From a virus (Duplodnaviria > Caudoviricetes): a stretch of 64,000 bases of DNA. Of this stretch, positions 28,395-41,663 are shown piece after piece. The notes under the pieces are model-generated. The model did not search any database. It was not told the origin of the DNA and worked only from the letters and a program-made list of their open reading frames with translations. The stretch is from IMG/VR virus record IMGVR_UViG_651703002_000001, positions 32,001 through 96,000 of that record, one strand, 5' to 3'. Position numbers and translations under genes: made by a program. Each line of letters starts with the position of its first letter. Positions within the stretch are counted from its first letter, which is position 1.

Positions 28395-29618
28395 TTATTG
28401 AGTATAATCTTTAAGTTGTACCATACACATACGAGCTAGTTGTGATTTGTTAGCAGCAGCAACCCAATCTTCACCGTCATATATTTTAGATGGTTCTGCA
28501 TCTATAACCCTAAAATCGGGAGAAGTAGATAGAGCATAACGATTTATTACACCGACAACTGGTTGTAATGCATGTGGATCCGCAGTGATCATGAAAGTTC
28601 CGGCGTCATCGTCTTCGATATACGGAGAGTAATAAACCGCACTAACTGTATCCAGACCTTCTAGATTTGCCTTAACACCGACCAACATATAATGAACTGG
28701 GGTTTTTGTATCTATAACCAATTTCATATGTGTACCAACCACACGATGTTCGTCATCAACCAACCCAGACGCTTGTATAAGCGCACCAACGTGAGTTGAG
28801 GTAAGTATATAGGTAGGCTTGAAAGTCGTGTCTAGCGTGATCTGAGCAGCCATACGACACGCCCGAGCAACCAGATCCCGACCTGCAAAATACTCTGTAG
28901 TGTCATGAAGATAAGGAATCGCAATTTGCTCTTTAGTAGCAACAGTTACTAACTTAGAAATAATATCTGAGTTTACTTCTTCTGCAATAGCTACAGACAA
29001 TAGATCTTCAACCGCAGCATCTCCATCCATATTCATACCGCCCATATCTTGAAGTAGTTCAAGAGATATTTGGCTTCTTAATTTACGACTACGAACTGTA
29101 GATTTCCATTTGTTCATAACAAATCGAACGTCTTGGATATCGTCAGATTCTTGAGTGCTATGTTCTATTGCATCGGCAACTAAACGAATCTCTCCGGTAT
29201 ATGCCATTTTAAAAACGTCATCAAATGCACCGGTGTAATCCCCCGGTTTGATTACTTGAAATACATAACCATTAAGAGTGAAATAGTCGCCTGCTACCAT
29301 TGTAGCGGTAGGTGCTGGGATACTACTATCCATATGATACTGACCGCCGAAGTTTTTATAATCTAGGCTGATATCATAAGTCTCTGTAGGTTTTGATTTA
29401 CTTTCATATTGATATCTAACACCAAATACGTTAGCAATTTGGGTTCTGGTAGGTTGAACTCCTGCCAATTGATCATAAATCTTGTTGAATGTTTTTCTTG
29501 TCAATGCTACTAGAGTAGGGCGACTGGTTACCATATCTCCGGTATCAGTTTCCTGAATAAGCCTAGCGGAAGACTGTGATTCAGAAATCAGCTTTGCTAT
29601 GGTATTTTTCTTTTCCAT
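28395..29618 (-). CDS. gp24: capsid vertex protein gp24
   Basis: RP.LVALTR, VRSRKL...SLELLQD, YYSPY, DP..LQP....RYAL; follows gp23. Confidence 0.92.
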   Translation of the reverse strand: MEKKNTIAKLISESQSSARLIQETDTGDMVTSRPTLVALTRKTFNKIYDQLAGVQPTRTQIANVFGVRYQYESKSKPTETYDISLDYKNFGGQYHMDSSIPAPTATMVAGDYFTLNGYVFQVIKPGDYTGAFDDVFKMAYTGEIRLVADAIEHSTQESDDIQDVRFVMNKWKSTVRSRKLRSQISLELLQDMGGMNMDGDAAVEDLLSVAIAEEVNSDIISKLVTVATKEQIAIPYLHDTTEYFAGRDLVARACRMAAQITLDTTFKPTYILTSTHVGALIQASGLVDDEHRVVGTHMKLVIDTKTPVHYMLVGVKANLEGLDTVSAVYYSPYIEDDDAGTFMITADPHALQPVVGVINRYALSTSPDFRVIDAEPSKIYDGEDWVAAANKSQLARMCMVQLKDYTQ

Positions 29619-29679
29619 TTAGGTTTTCCTCAATATGTTTTAATGTTCCTTACTGTAATTATTTAGGGAACATATAAAA

Positions 29680-29712
29680 GAAAAGGGTCTGCAATTAAGC
29701 AGACCCTTTTTT
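29680..29712 (-). terminator. terminator after gene 23
   Basis: AAAAGGGTCTGC-AATTAA-GCAGACCCTTTT. Confidence 0.8.
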
Positions 29713-29726
29713 GTTTTCAGGAGATA

Positions 29727-31409
29727 TTAAGCACCCAGAACACGTACTCTACGGAAGAATGAGTTCTTACCGAAGATAGCAGCACTTGGCATACCGGACT
29801 TGATCTTATCAAATCCACGGTTCTTAGCACCATCAGCGAACGGGTGCAGTTTAACACCGTAACGAGTCTTGAAGCCAAGAATGGTCTGGAATGACTTAGG
29901 ATCAGTACCACGGAGCGGGGTCAACGGTACATATGGGCAGTAGTAGATACCGGCATCCATTTCACTGGAACCCTTGTAACCTACAGTGAAGTAATCTTCT
30001 ACAGCGTACTGGTCGATATAGACACGATACTTACCAGCCAGAACACCAGCAAACACAGATACAGATGTATCGGTATTCATGGTAGTTGTACCAGCATTAG
30101 CTGGGCTGATCAGTTGCTCACTCGAACCAAGGATAACTGCAACGTTACGGGAACAGATTACAAAGTTACCGTTACCACGACCAGTCTGACGACCGATTTC
30201 AGCAGCTTCTTTGTCAATCTGGGTTACCATAGATTTGGCACTTTCACCAGCCCAACGAGCACCACGTACATCATTCGGGTCACCGAAGTTGAATACACCG
30301 GTAGCACCGCCATGCTTATTGGTCCAACCGGTTTTACCGATTTGAGCAGTAGCGTTAATCCACAGGATCATTTCGCGGTTGATTTCCAGCATGATTTCGT
30401 TAGCCAGAATAGAACTCAGTTCGCTATCAGCATCCAGACCGTGAACGTTACGCAGATCTTGCGCCAGTTCGATGGAGTATTGAGCTTTCAGTTGACGAGC
30501 TTTGGCTTCAACAACCTGCTTGTCAATACGGAAACTCATTTCGTTCCATGGGTTATCGCTAGAACCGTTAAAGTTTTCTTGCAGTTCTGCCAGAGAGGTA
30601 GCCATACCTTCACCGATTTCAACAGCCAGACGGTCACCGATTACTTTCTGATAGCCAGCAGTTTTAACATCGGTAGCAGTACCAGCAACATAAGCAGCGA
30701 TAAACTGAACGATCTTAGTACCAGAAGCAGAATAATTATCAACTTCTTCGTCCAGTTGGAAACGAGCCAGATCACCCACGCTATAAGCGGTATCCTTATC
30801 GAAAGCTGGGATCAGGGGCTTGGTAGCACCGCGACCAGAGAAGCTTGCGTCAGGACCGTACATCGGATGGAAGGCTTCGCGAGCTTGTGCATCCAGAGCG
30901 TCATCACCGTAGATAGCACGGAGAGTAAACACTTGACCGGTAGAACTTACCATCGGCTGAACACCACAGATATCAAAGGCGATCAGGTTAGCAATGGCAC
31001 GGCGAGCCAGACCCATAACAGCAGGACCAACGGTAGTAATGTTACCGGAAGCTTCACCAGAGGCAATCTTCACAGCGTCATAGCCATGGTCACCAACGAT
31101 GTTAGCCTCGGTCAGAACTTCTTGCATTTGGCTTTCATTCAGGGTTTCGCCGTTTGCTTCAGCATTAGATTTAGCTTCATCAAGCAGGGCTTTGGCTTCT
31201 GCGATACGTGCGGTACGACCGGCAACGTCAATCATAGAATCAACTACAGAACGGTCGGTATAAATACCGCCTTCGTTGGTACTGATATCAACCAGTTGGT
31301 TTTCCATCAGACGAGCAACGATATCTTTGCGTTTCAGAGAGGCGATTTCCGGTGCGCCTTCTTTTTCCAGAAGCGGCTTCCACTTAGCAATTAGATTAGC
31401 TTTAGACAT
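29727..31409 (-). CDS. gp23: major capsid protein gp23
   Basis: KWKPLLE, NLIAFDICGVQPM, ARQLKAQYSIELAQDL, YCPYVPL, GFKTRYG. Confidence 0.99.
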   Translation of the reverse strand: MSKANLIAKWKPLLEKEGAPEIASLKRKDIVARLMENQLVDISTNEGGIYTDRSVVDSMIDVAGRTARIAEAKALLDEAKSNAEANGETLNESQMQEVLTEANIVGDHGYDAVKIASGEASGNITTVGPAVMGLARRAIANLIAFDICGVQPMVSSTGQVFTLRAIYGDDALDAQAREAFHPMYGPDASFSGRGATKPLIPAFDKDTAYSVGDLARFQLDEEVDNYSASGTKIVQFIAAYVAGTATDVKTAGYQKVIGDRLAVEIGEGMATSLAELQENFNGSSDNPWNEMSFRIDKQVVEAKARQLKAQYSIELAQDLRNVHGLDADSELSSILANEIMLEINREMILWINATAQIGKTGWTNKHGGATGVFNFGDPNDVRGARWAGESAKSMVTQIDKEAAEIGRQTGRGNGNFVICSRNVAVILGSSEQLISPANAGTTTMNTDTSVSVFAGVLAGKYRVYIDQYAVEDYFTVGYKGSSEMDAGIYYCPYVPLTPLRGTDPKSFQTILGFKTRYGVKLHPFADGAKNRGFDKIKSGMPSAAIFGKNSFFRRVRVLGA

Positions 31410-31481
31410 TTTTATTTTTCCTTTTGGATTTTAAGATAAAACTTTCGGAGTGAAGAACCATTTCCTCATCACCTTCAAATA

Positions 31482-31489
31482 TATTTAGG
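31482..31489 (-). promoter_or_regulatory. late promoter (CCTAAATA) for gene 23
   Basis: Same motif also precedes gp24 (29660), gp22 (32444), gp67 (33791), gp20 (35405), gp18 (38125), gp15 (41632), gp13 (43417). Confidence 0.8.
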
Positions 31490-31533
31490 GGTGTAAAAAT
31501 ACTTTATTTTTATGATTACACCCCAAAGCTGGA

Positions 31534-32372
31534 TTACATCCAATTCATAAGATTGGCAACTGATTCGTCAATCTTTTTCTCAGGTTTCTTTTTAGGGTCT
31601 TTCTTATCTTTGGCGTCTTTATCTTCCTTTTTCTCACCCTTATCATCTTCGTCTTCATCCGCCTTAAAATTCAAGCCATCACCGGCTTCATTAATAGGCT
31701 TTGAAGTGGGCTCTACTTTTTGAGCAACCATTTCAACGAGAGATTCTACACGGGTTTTAAATTGGTCAGATTTACCAAAAGAAATACCTTCACTCAGAGA
31801 AAGAACTTGTTCCTGTTGAACAACGGTAAGGTCCTTAATTGCTTCAGCGATAATATTACCGCGCTCTTGTTTCTGTACAGATTCCAGCAGTTCGGAATTT
31901 TTTGTAAGAAGAACATTAATTTCATCGCGAGCTTCAGAAAGTTCGGATTCCATTTCTTCTACAACATTAATAGACTCTTCAGGAATATGGACATTATGAG
32001 AAACAAATGCTTCTTTCAGAGAAGCCAGAAGGGATTCTGCCAATTGAGATTTAATACCGGACTCAATCGCTACTTTATTTTCGTCCATAAACTGTTCAGT
32101 TAGATGTTCGAAATAACTATCGATAGTGCTAGTAAGATCTACAATTTTAGCAGCAGCAGCTTCTTCAATTAGAGCTTCACTTTGAGCGGCAATCTGTTCG
32201 ATGTGAGATTCAGCAAGACGAGCGGATTCAACTTGAACTTTAGATTGGAACACTTCATTAAGAGTTTCTTTAACACTTTCACTCAGTTGAACACCTTCCA
32301 GTGCTTTAGAAAGTGCGTCAGTTTCACGACAATCTTTTTAGATTCGCTGAGTAGTTGGTCTTTAATAGACAT
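31534..32372 (-). CDS. gp22: prohead core scaffold gp22 (frameshift near 32325)
   Basis: MSIKDQLLSES start at 32372; ARLAESHI..IA, ENKVAIE.GIK..LAES. Confidence 0.9.
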
Positions 32373-32396
32373 TTGGGTTTTTCCTTATTTTTAAAG

Positions 32397-33122
32397 TTAA
32401 TTCTTTAATGCTTCGATTAAAGCAATAACTGCTTTATCTGAATTATTTAGGGTGCTATTTTCTTGGGTTTTTGACTCATTAACTCGATAAGCATTGGTAT
32501 ATGCATTCGGAGCACTAGGTCCCCAAACAACATCAACCCCAACCGTAAGTTTATAACCCTCTTGAACTTCGTTTAAACCACGGGAGTTCTTTTTGAGTGA
32601 ACCCAATCCGCGAGAAGATACACCGGGAACCCAACCAGCACGTATCAAAGCCGCAACTTTATCACCATGAGCATGATCACCCTCTACAATACGAGCGCGA
32701 CCATATACGTCATTACCTTTCCACCACAGCTTTTCTATTACCAACGCCGATTTTGACGGGTCTGGATATGACCGATCTCCGGGGTGATTTAATTCACCCA
32801 AAGATTGTTTGGATGCAACCTGTTCTTTGATATATTTATCGACCGCCTTTTCCATAATAGCTTTGGGATATATACGCCCATTCCCATTCGGGACTTCAGC
32901 TTGTAGGAAAATTCCTTCAATATAAAGGTTGCCAGTAGATTTATCATCGAACGATTCAACTAAGTATTGTCCTTTATATGGGATATCCGACACACTCTTT
33001 TCTGTTAACGTTTCATTGGGAGTTCTATATTCATTGCTCCAATGTTCAATCAAAAGCATCGGATTTGATTGAACACCGTTATCTCTCCCTTCCCAATTTT
33101 CTACTAGAATATTTTCAAACAT
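32397..33122 (-). CDS. gp21: prohead protease gp21
   Basis: LYIEGIFLQAE, NGRIYP, LGELNHP, GVSSRGLGS, DVVWGPSAP. Confidence 0.97.
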   Translation of the reverse strand: MFENILVENWEGRDNGVQSNPMLLIEHWSNEYRTPNETLTEKSVSDIPYKGQYLVESFDDKSTGNLYIEGIFLQAEVPNGNGRIYPKAIMEKAVDKYIKEQVASKQSLGELNHPGDRSYPDPSKSALVIEKLWWKGNDVYGRARIVEGDHAHGDKVAALIRAGWVPGVSSRGLGSLKKNSRGLNEVQEGYKLTVGVDVVWGPSAPNAYTNAYRVNESKTQENSTLNNSDKAVIALIEALKN

Positions 33123-33124
33123 AA

Positions 33125-33595
33125 TTAGAGCCCCATAGCGTCACGCTTGCGCATTGCCTTTTTATATTTTCTACGGGCACGAATTTGAATACTAGGATTA
33201 GCCCGTTTGGTCTTAACTGCATGACGCGCAATTTGACGGCGCTGACTTTTGCTAAGTCCAGTTGTTTGGCTGGCTCTACGTGCTCGCGTAGCTCGGTCGT
33301 GTATCCGAGTTACAGCACCAGCAGCGTTTACACGCTTAACTAGAACCTCATTTAAATCTTCTTGACCTTCAATAATAGATATAATAGCCAAAGCAGAAAT
33401 TGCATTTTGAGCTATCATATTTTCAGCAACGATAATTGCATCGTCTCCAAAAGATTCCATCATCTTTTTGGCTACTGGCGTTTGAGTTTCTACGCATTCG
33501 GAAATTGCTTGCATGAGCATGTCATACTCAAGATCAGATTCAATAACGCGAGAACCTTTTACGCCCCATTTGGAAATAACTAACTCTTTTTCCAT
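33125..33595 (-). CDS. gp68: prohead core protein gp68
   Basis: R.RRASQTTGLSKSQRRQIAR...KTKRANPS. Confidence 0.93.
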   Translation of the reverse strand: MEKELVISKWGVKGSRVIESDLEYDMLMQAISECVETQTPVAKKMMESFGDDAIIVAENMIAQNAISALAIISIIEGQEDLNEVLVKRVNAAGAVTRIHDRATRARRASQTTGLSKSQRRQIARHAVKTKRANPSIQIRARRKYKKAMRKRDAMGL

Positions 33596-33621
33596 TTTTA
33601 TTTTCCTTGGGTTGTTAAAAA

Positions 33622-33777
33622 TTATTCTTGGTCATCCTCAAACGGGGCAAGAGTCGCCCCAATATGATTCCGCATATCCTGAGTTTTAGCAGCAATGCGA
33701 GAGTACATTTCATTCTCAAAAGCAGACCTAGCCGCAATCAAATCACCATTTTGTGCTGCATTAATAAATTCTTCCAT
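33622..33777 (-). CDS. gp67: prohead core protein gp67
   Basis: MEEFINAAQNGDLIAARSAF...; between gp20 and gp68; below the ORF-track cutoff. Confidence 0.85.
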   Translation of the reverse strand: MEEFINAAQNGDLIAARSAFENEMYSRIAAKTQDMRNHIGATLAPFEDDQE

Positions 33778-33802
33778 CACTCTATACCTTTATTTAGTGT
33801 AG

Positions 33803-35377
33803 TTAAAAATCTTCAAGTTCATCGGGAGTTGGTTTATAAATAACATCCTTCAACTCTTCATCTATTTTACTTCTTTCTTCTTCGATCTGTTGATCTGTCA
33901 TCTTAAGGATGTTTTTCATTACCGTATCGTGGGAAATATATTTTCCGGTAATCTGGTTCTGAGCCATCATAGATATAATATTGATTCTACGTTCCAATAT
34001 TTCCAAATCCTTCAATTCTTCATAATAGGAATCTTTTGCGTAGACAATACGAATATTTTCTTTTTCCACATCCCATTCTTCTTGGGTCATTACTCCCTTA
34101 AGAATTAGGTTAGTAATTAGTGGGTCATAGAAAATAACATCAAATTGACGCTGCATTCCACGAACAATTTTACTGAATAACAGTTCATCGCGAGTAATAT
34201 CACCGCCAGACGAGAAAGTAACACCACCAGATTCCATAGGGAGACGACTAAGCGGAATTTTCATTGCTTCGAACAATTTACGGTTGAACCAACGAACGTC
34301 ATCCATTTCACCCATAGACTGAGCACCCGGAAGAGTAGATATTTCTGTAGTTGCTTTACCATCACGGCGCATCAACCAAAAATCTTCAGTCATACTTAGG
34401 TTATTTGAGGCAGTTTTAACTTTACCGGTAGAACTATCGTAAACAACTCGGTTTTTGAATCCCTGCATTACTTTGTTTACATGTTCAGTAGCCTTTTTAG
34501 GCTGCATATTACCTACATCAATATAAAATATTCTACGTTCTGGGGCGCGGGTTACACGATATATAACCATCGCATCTTCCAACATCTTCAATTGGTTTGC
34601 TGGTTTAATTGCAGCATGAAGATAACCAATTATAGAACGTCCATCACAAGAAACCTTACCGCTATGTGCGTAAGTCATCGCACTTTTAGGAATGGTTATT
34701 TGGTTGTTATTTGATGTGTTTATATTATTGAAAAGGAAGTTATCAGTACCTGAATACGTGAAATACTCTCTATATCCTTTATAAACCTGAGAACCGTTTT
34801 CGTCTTCTCTAAAGTTTTCTCTATGAAATTGTACCGTTCTTGGATCTAACAATCTAAGCTCAACGATACCTTTCTTTTTATCATTAGGGTCAATCATTTT
34901 ATGGAAGTAAATTCTACTATCTACGTACCATCTACGATATAACCGCTTTCCTTCTTTTTCAAATTTCAAGAGCCGCAATACTTCTTTAAATTCTTCTTGA
35001 ACTAGGTTTTTAACTCTTTCGTTCCATTTTGTGGAATCGAGATTAATAGATACACATTCTTTTTCATCTTCCTGTACTATCGCATCATTGATTATTTCAT
35101 CAATCGCATTATCAACTTCATGATAATTTGTTAGTGAGCGATATTGGTTGATTAATTGACGGGTATTTTGAATTTGGGGGTTTGTCCCGAAAGCATATGC
35201 TTGATACGCTTTATTTGGTGCAGACACATCATTTCTATCTATCGAGTTTGCGCCGTCTGGGTTATCAGGAGCGGCAAAACTATCAATACCTGATGTGAGT
35301 TCTTGCTTTAATTCTTTATCCTCGGATTTTGACCAAGGCTTTAAAAAACTAAGCATATTGAAGTAGCCATTTGCCAT
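33803..35377 (-). CDS. gp20: portal protein gp20
   Basis: WYVDSRI.FHK, KPANQLKMLEDAMVIYR.TRAPERR.FYIDVGN, EDFWL.RR. Confidence 0.98.
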   Translation of the reverse strand: MANGYFNMLSFLKPWSKSEDKELKQELTSGIDSFAAPDNPDGANSIDRNDVSAPNKAYQAYAFGTNPQIQNTRQLINQYRSLTNYHEVDNAIDEIINDAIVQEDEKECVSINLDSTKWNERVKNLVQEEFKEVLRLLKFEKEGKRLYRRWYVDSRIYFHKMIDPNDKKKGIVELRLLDPRTVQFHRENFREDENGSQVYKGYREYFTYSGTDNFLFNNINTSNNNQITIPKSAMTYAHSGKVSCDGRSIIGYLHAAIKPANQLKMLEDAMVIYRVTRAPERRIFYIDVGNMQPKKATEHVNKVMQGFKNRVVYDSSTGKVKTASNNLSMTEDFWLMRRDGKATTEISTLPGAQSMGEMDDVRWFNRKLFEAMKIPLSRLPMESGGVTFSSGGDITRDELLFSKIVRGMQRQFDVIFYDPLITNLILKGVMTQEEWDVEKENIRIVYAKDSYYEELKDLEILERRINIISMMAQNQITGKYISHDTVMKNILKMTDQQIEEERSKIDEELKDVIYKPTPDELEDF

Positions 35378-35466
35378 TATGAGTGTTCCTTAACTTATAT
35401 ACATTATTTAGGGTAGTTAAAAAGTAAAGGAATTGGGGATATATCAATATCCCCACACCCTTTTTA

Positions 35467-35955
35467 TTATTCCCACCAATCCAGAGTTGTTACTACTTCA
35501 AACATTTCAACTTCAGAACCGGTATCCCAATCAAGAGCGAGTTCTGAAATTTGTGAAGGCCACAATCCAAATATGGTATAAGAACGAGTACGATTACCCG
35601 CACGATCTAGCTGGTGAACAGTAGCTTCCTTTTTATAGGTTGCTGGCGCTTCACCGTTAATATTTCGACCAAGTGCTTGAGCTAGGTTTTGCCACTCAAT
35701 AAATTGTTGGCGGGTATTATGCTCTGGGTCATTATATACCGTAATAGTCCAGTCATCGAAAGTTCGGTCACCGGCAAGTTTCATTTTCTTATTTTGGTAA
35801 CCAAGAATAACCGGCTCTACGGTTGCAGCAGGCATAGAAGCCGCTTTAACTTTAAATCTGAGCGAATCCCCCATAAAAGGGATCTCTACTTCGAAAAGGT
35901 TTGGTCTTGCCAAGTCGCCATTTCCGAATGCTCTTGTAACATCTGTTAAATCCAT
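35467..35955 (-). CDS. gp19: tail tube protein gp19
   Basis: ARPNLFEVEIP, AGDRTFDDWTITV.ND, LDWD. Confidence 0.97.
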   Translation of the reverse strand: MDLTDVTRAFGNGDLARPNLFEVEIPFMGDSLRFKVKAASMPAATVEPVILGYQNKKMKLAGDRTFDDWTITVYNDPEHNTRQQFIEWQNLAQALGRNINGEAPATYKKEATVHQLDRAGNRTRSYTIFGLWPSQISELALDWDTGSEVEMFEVVTTLDWWE

Positions 35956-36010
35956 CAGAAAATCCTCTTAGAATATGGATTAATGGGGTTGTTACACCCC
36001 ATATATTAGT

Positions 36011-38047
36011 TTATACTGGTGCGCCGACAAGTTCTGCGAAATCAGTACCGGTTCCTACCGCCGAGAAATTCAGGGTAACGAAGTTGATAGAACGTGCTGG
36101 TTTGATCATGATGGTTGCAACAAACTCGTTACGGTCAATGACTGATGGAGTGTTGTTAGTTTCATCACATATAACCAAGAAGTCATAAATTCCGCCAAGA
36201 CTCTTAATAGAATCCAGATAGGAATTAACTTCACTACGGAAAGACGAACGGGTAAACGCATCGTTATTTTCGAACAGTTTGTATTTTGCACTTTCAGAAA
36301 TAGATTTCTTCAACAGGTTAAACAATCTACGAACGTTGATACGGTCAAACGGAGTAGGTGCCAAGCTCATTGTCTTATCACCGTACAGGATAAATCCTTG
36401 ACCGGGGAAGCCCACAACAGCGTTTAGACTATTCTGATAAAGCTCATCACGATGTGACTGACGGGTTTCTATAGCCAACTTACGAACGTTCATGATCTGT
36501 CCACGGTTGAAACCGGCAGGACTCATCCACGGTTGTGATACTGTGTCTGTACGTGCGCACAATCCAGCCAAGTCGGCAGACAGTGGGATCCAACGGTTAG
36601 TATCATTATACTTATCGTATTGATACTTGTAGTTGGCAGCAGCAGAACTATAGGTTGTACCAATATTCATGTTGTTATCAACTACAGCACCGCTATTAGT
36701 TAGACCTTTACGCCATTCAACTACTTTAGCAACCGCAGTCGCAACCGGTAGGTTGATCATATATTCCCGTGGTGGACTAATCCAACCCAAGCAATCCTGA
36801 CGCTCATCACATATTGCAGCTACAGACTTCTGTACGGTAGATGCAGTTTCAGCACCTTCACCAGCACAAGAACCAGCAATGAACAGGTTAACATCTACGT
36901 GCTCACGGTCAGAAAACATATCCCAACCAGTGATCCAATCCCCAGCACTTGCAGAATCGTTACCACTAGTTCCGCCACCGAATGTCAGAATACCAGAGAA
37001 TTCAGCGGGCCAGCTTTCAGAAACACCTTGAACGAATGTAGAATATCCGTTTACAAAGAATTCATCGATATGTATACTAGAACCATATATATCACGGTCT
37101 GATGGTTTAGTTGACAATACACGCGATTCAACGGCAGATCCGCCCATGAATACAATCATTGCAAACTGGTCTTTGGTTTGTGGACCATATTCCAGATAAG
37201 AACTTGGGGTTATATTTCCAAATTTAAGACCGGACGGGAAGGTATCCAAATTAACAGTATTAACTGTAGTTGGTTTTCCATCAACTCCAAATTTGTAATA
37301 ATCCTTATATGCAATAAATGCAACTTGAATATTATCACCCTTATCACCAGCATAACGAGATGCAACAACAGGGATCTTATATTTCTCACACATATCGATA
37401 TATGTGTCACTATTTTGATCTCGTCTTAGTAGAGATTCACGGGCATATTCATCATTTGGTATATAAATATTACTATCCTGTGAAATCCCATTAAGTACAC
37501 CAGTTGCACTTTGACCAGCACCGGGACCGCCCGAAGTAAATTGCATCTGCCAGCCATTTTGAAGATCTGGATAATCATTAAGCTCTTTGGCTTTTGCAAC
37601 GATTTCAGCAGATTTGAAAGTTACAAATTCAACACCACCAGTTGAGTTAACCGCAGTTACTTTACCGGTTGTTACAGTTACGCCATTTTGAAGAATTTTA
37701 ACATCGTCACCAATACGGTAATCTACGCCGGGTGATGTAATGGTAAAATCTACAGTATCAAATAGCGGGCTAGAGTTGCGAGCATTTACACTATCTAGAA
37801 TCCGGACAAGACGAAGGTCATTTCCATAATTCAAGAAGTTGATACCACTGAATACGCTATCAGCGGTTTGGTTATCTGGGCGTCCAAAACGATCTATTAG
37901 ATCTGGTTCGGAAACCACTTGAGATATCTGATATGCAGGCCCCCACTGGAATTTACCAGCTAATGCAGCGCGACCCGTAGAAGAACGCGCAATAGTAACC
38001 TGCATATTCATCTCTTTGGCTTCTACGCCGGGAGAAAGTAATGCCAT
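36011..38047 (-). CDS. gp18: tail sheath protein gp18
   Basis: LLSPGVE, GKFQWGPA, PWMSPAG.NRG, FDRINVRRLF, IKPARSINF. Confidence 0.98.
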   Translation of the reverse strand: MALLSPGVEAKEMNMQVTIARSSTGRAALAGKFQWGPAYQISQVVSEPDLIDRFGRPDNQTADSVFSGINFLNYGNDLRLVRILDSVNARNSSPLFDTVDFTITSPGVDYRIGDDVKILQNGVTVTTGKVTAVNSTGGVEFVTFKSAEIVAKAKELNDYPDLQNGWQMQFTSGGPGAGQSATGVLNGISQDSNIYIPNDEYARESLLRRDQNSDTYIDMCEKYKIPVVASRYAGDKGDNIQVAFIAYKDYYKFGVDGKPTTVNTVNLDTFPSGLKFGNITPSSYLEYGPQTKDQFAMIVFMGGSAVESRVLSTKPSDRDIYGSSIHIDEFFVNGYSTFVQGVSESWPAEFSGILTFGGGTSGNDSASAGDWITGWDMFSDREHVDVNLFIAGSCAGEGAETASTVQKSVAAICDERQDCLGWISPPREYMINLPVATAVAKVVEWRKGLTNSGAVVDNNMNIGTTYSSAAANYKYQYDKYNDTNRWIPLSADLAGLCARTDTVSQPWMSPAGFNRGQIMNVRKLAIETRQSHRDELYQNSLNAVVGFPGQGFILYGDKTMSLAPTPFDRINVRRLFNLLKKSISESAKYKLFENNDAFTRSSFRSEVNSYLDSIKSLGGIYDFLVICDETNNTPSVIDRNEFVATIMIKPARSINFVTLNFSAVGTGTDFAELVGAPV

Positions 38048-38059
38048 TTTATTTTCCTT

Positions 38060-40285
<2,226 letters not shown>

Positions 40286-40296
<11 letters not shown>

Positions 40297-40792
40297 CGTT
40301 CACCTCTTCAGATTCACCCTCAATAATAAGGGATTTAGCCTGTGTCTGAGTTCCTTCCTTCATCATTAATTCTGATGGTGTTCCAACAAAAACAGTAGCA
40401 TTCTCAATATTAATAGAGTCTTCTTTCTTAGTAGGAGTACCAGCTTTTGTTTTCTCAGATGTAATTGCATCCATTTCTTTATGGAGTCTTAATATTTCTT
40501 TGGTGTTTGCTGTCATAGCAGTCATAAGACTAACAAACGCATTTACTTGATTAGGACTCTCTGAATTTTTAGCGTTTTCTAATGCGATAGCAGCCATAGC
40601 CATCATCATTTGTTGTTGCTGGTTTATAGACTTACGGGCAAGGTTATAATCATCAGCAAGGTCTTGAACACGTTCCACTGGATTTGATACTACATCGACC
40701 AAAACTGTGGGTTCGTAAACTACTACGTCCCCACCATCAAATCCGGGTAATCCCGTAGTGTCTAAAAGACTCTTTATATCTAAACCTCTCAT
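40286..40792 (-). CDS. gp16: terminase small subunit gp16
   Basis: LD...LLD...LPG, SNP..R..DL.DDY...R, LENAKNSESP, F.GTPSELM. Confidence 0.93.
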
Positions 40793-41613
40793 GGATTATT
40801 CTCTCTTGGTTCTGGTGGATTAGGTTCCACTGGAATAGGTATGCTATGGGACATTGTTTCTATATAAGAACCATCCCAATCTGATTTCAGAACGTCTACC
40901 GGTACTACTTGACTGTCAGCAGATTCAAAATATGAATCATCTGTTGGTAGTTGTTTCATATTACCGTTGAAATCTAGATATGTTGTTCGAATCTCACCTT
41001 TAAGATCTGCAAAATTGGCATATAACCATCCATCCAATTCAAATATCAAAGTCCATTCTAACCGTCTACGTTCCGACCGATCACCTTCCACACTCTCTTC
41101 CATAGCAACTGATTGGAATGTAATCTGAATATCTCTATCAATCGGAGTTGCCTTATCGTACAATTCCGTCATCTTACATACGAAATTAGGCTGAAAGTAA
41201 GGTAATATTTGCTCTACGATTGTAAGCATATCAGTTTCATATCGAGTCATTATAGAAACTTCATACATGAATTTATATGGAACTGGGTTGAAAATCATAT
41301 ATGACTTTCCGCATTTCTTATTAATGTTTCTAACGTTCATAGCGGTTTTCATTTGCCCGTTATAGTTCATATCAACCATATGAACACCGATTCTAGGTAA
41401 TATAGTTTCGCCTCGGGCAATCTCACCATCGCGCATATTATTAAATTCACTATTTATTTTAGTAACAAATCTTTCTTTAGAAGCATAAGTTAAAGGTACT
41501 TTATTGTAATATTTAATACCGTCTCTTTCTCTTTCTACTTGAACGCCACTCAAAAGTTCCATAAGGAGTATTGAATATCGTCTCATCGAACTATTATAAT
41601 TATAACCAAACAT
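40789..41613 (-). CDS. gp15: tail terminator / sheath stabilizer gp15
   Basis: MFGY.YNSS.RRY, VP.TYASKE, ILPR, VEQILPYFQP. Confidence 0.95.
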   Translation of the reverse strand: MFGYNYNSSMRRYSILLMELLSGVQVERERDGIKYYNKVPLTYASKERFVTKINSEFNNMRDGEIARGETILPRIGVHMVDMNYNGQMKTAMNVRNINKKCGKSYMIFNPVPYKFMYEVSIMTRYETDMLTIVEQILPYFQPNFVCKMTELYDKATPIDRDIQITFQSVAMEESVEGDRSERRRLEWTLIFELDGWLYANFADLKGEIRTTYLDFNGNMKQLPTDDSYFESADSQVVPVDVLKSDWDGSYIETMSHSIPIPVEPNPPEPRENNP

Positions 41614-41663
41614 AGGGATCCCCTTTATTGTTATTTAGGGGGATTTAATCCCCCAATCATTTT

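Noticed and set aside
30114-31394. 426-aa plus-strand ORF
   Set aside because: Antisense shadow of highly codon-biased gp23; no SD or recognisable protein features
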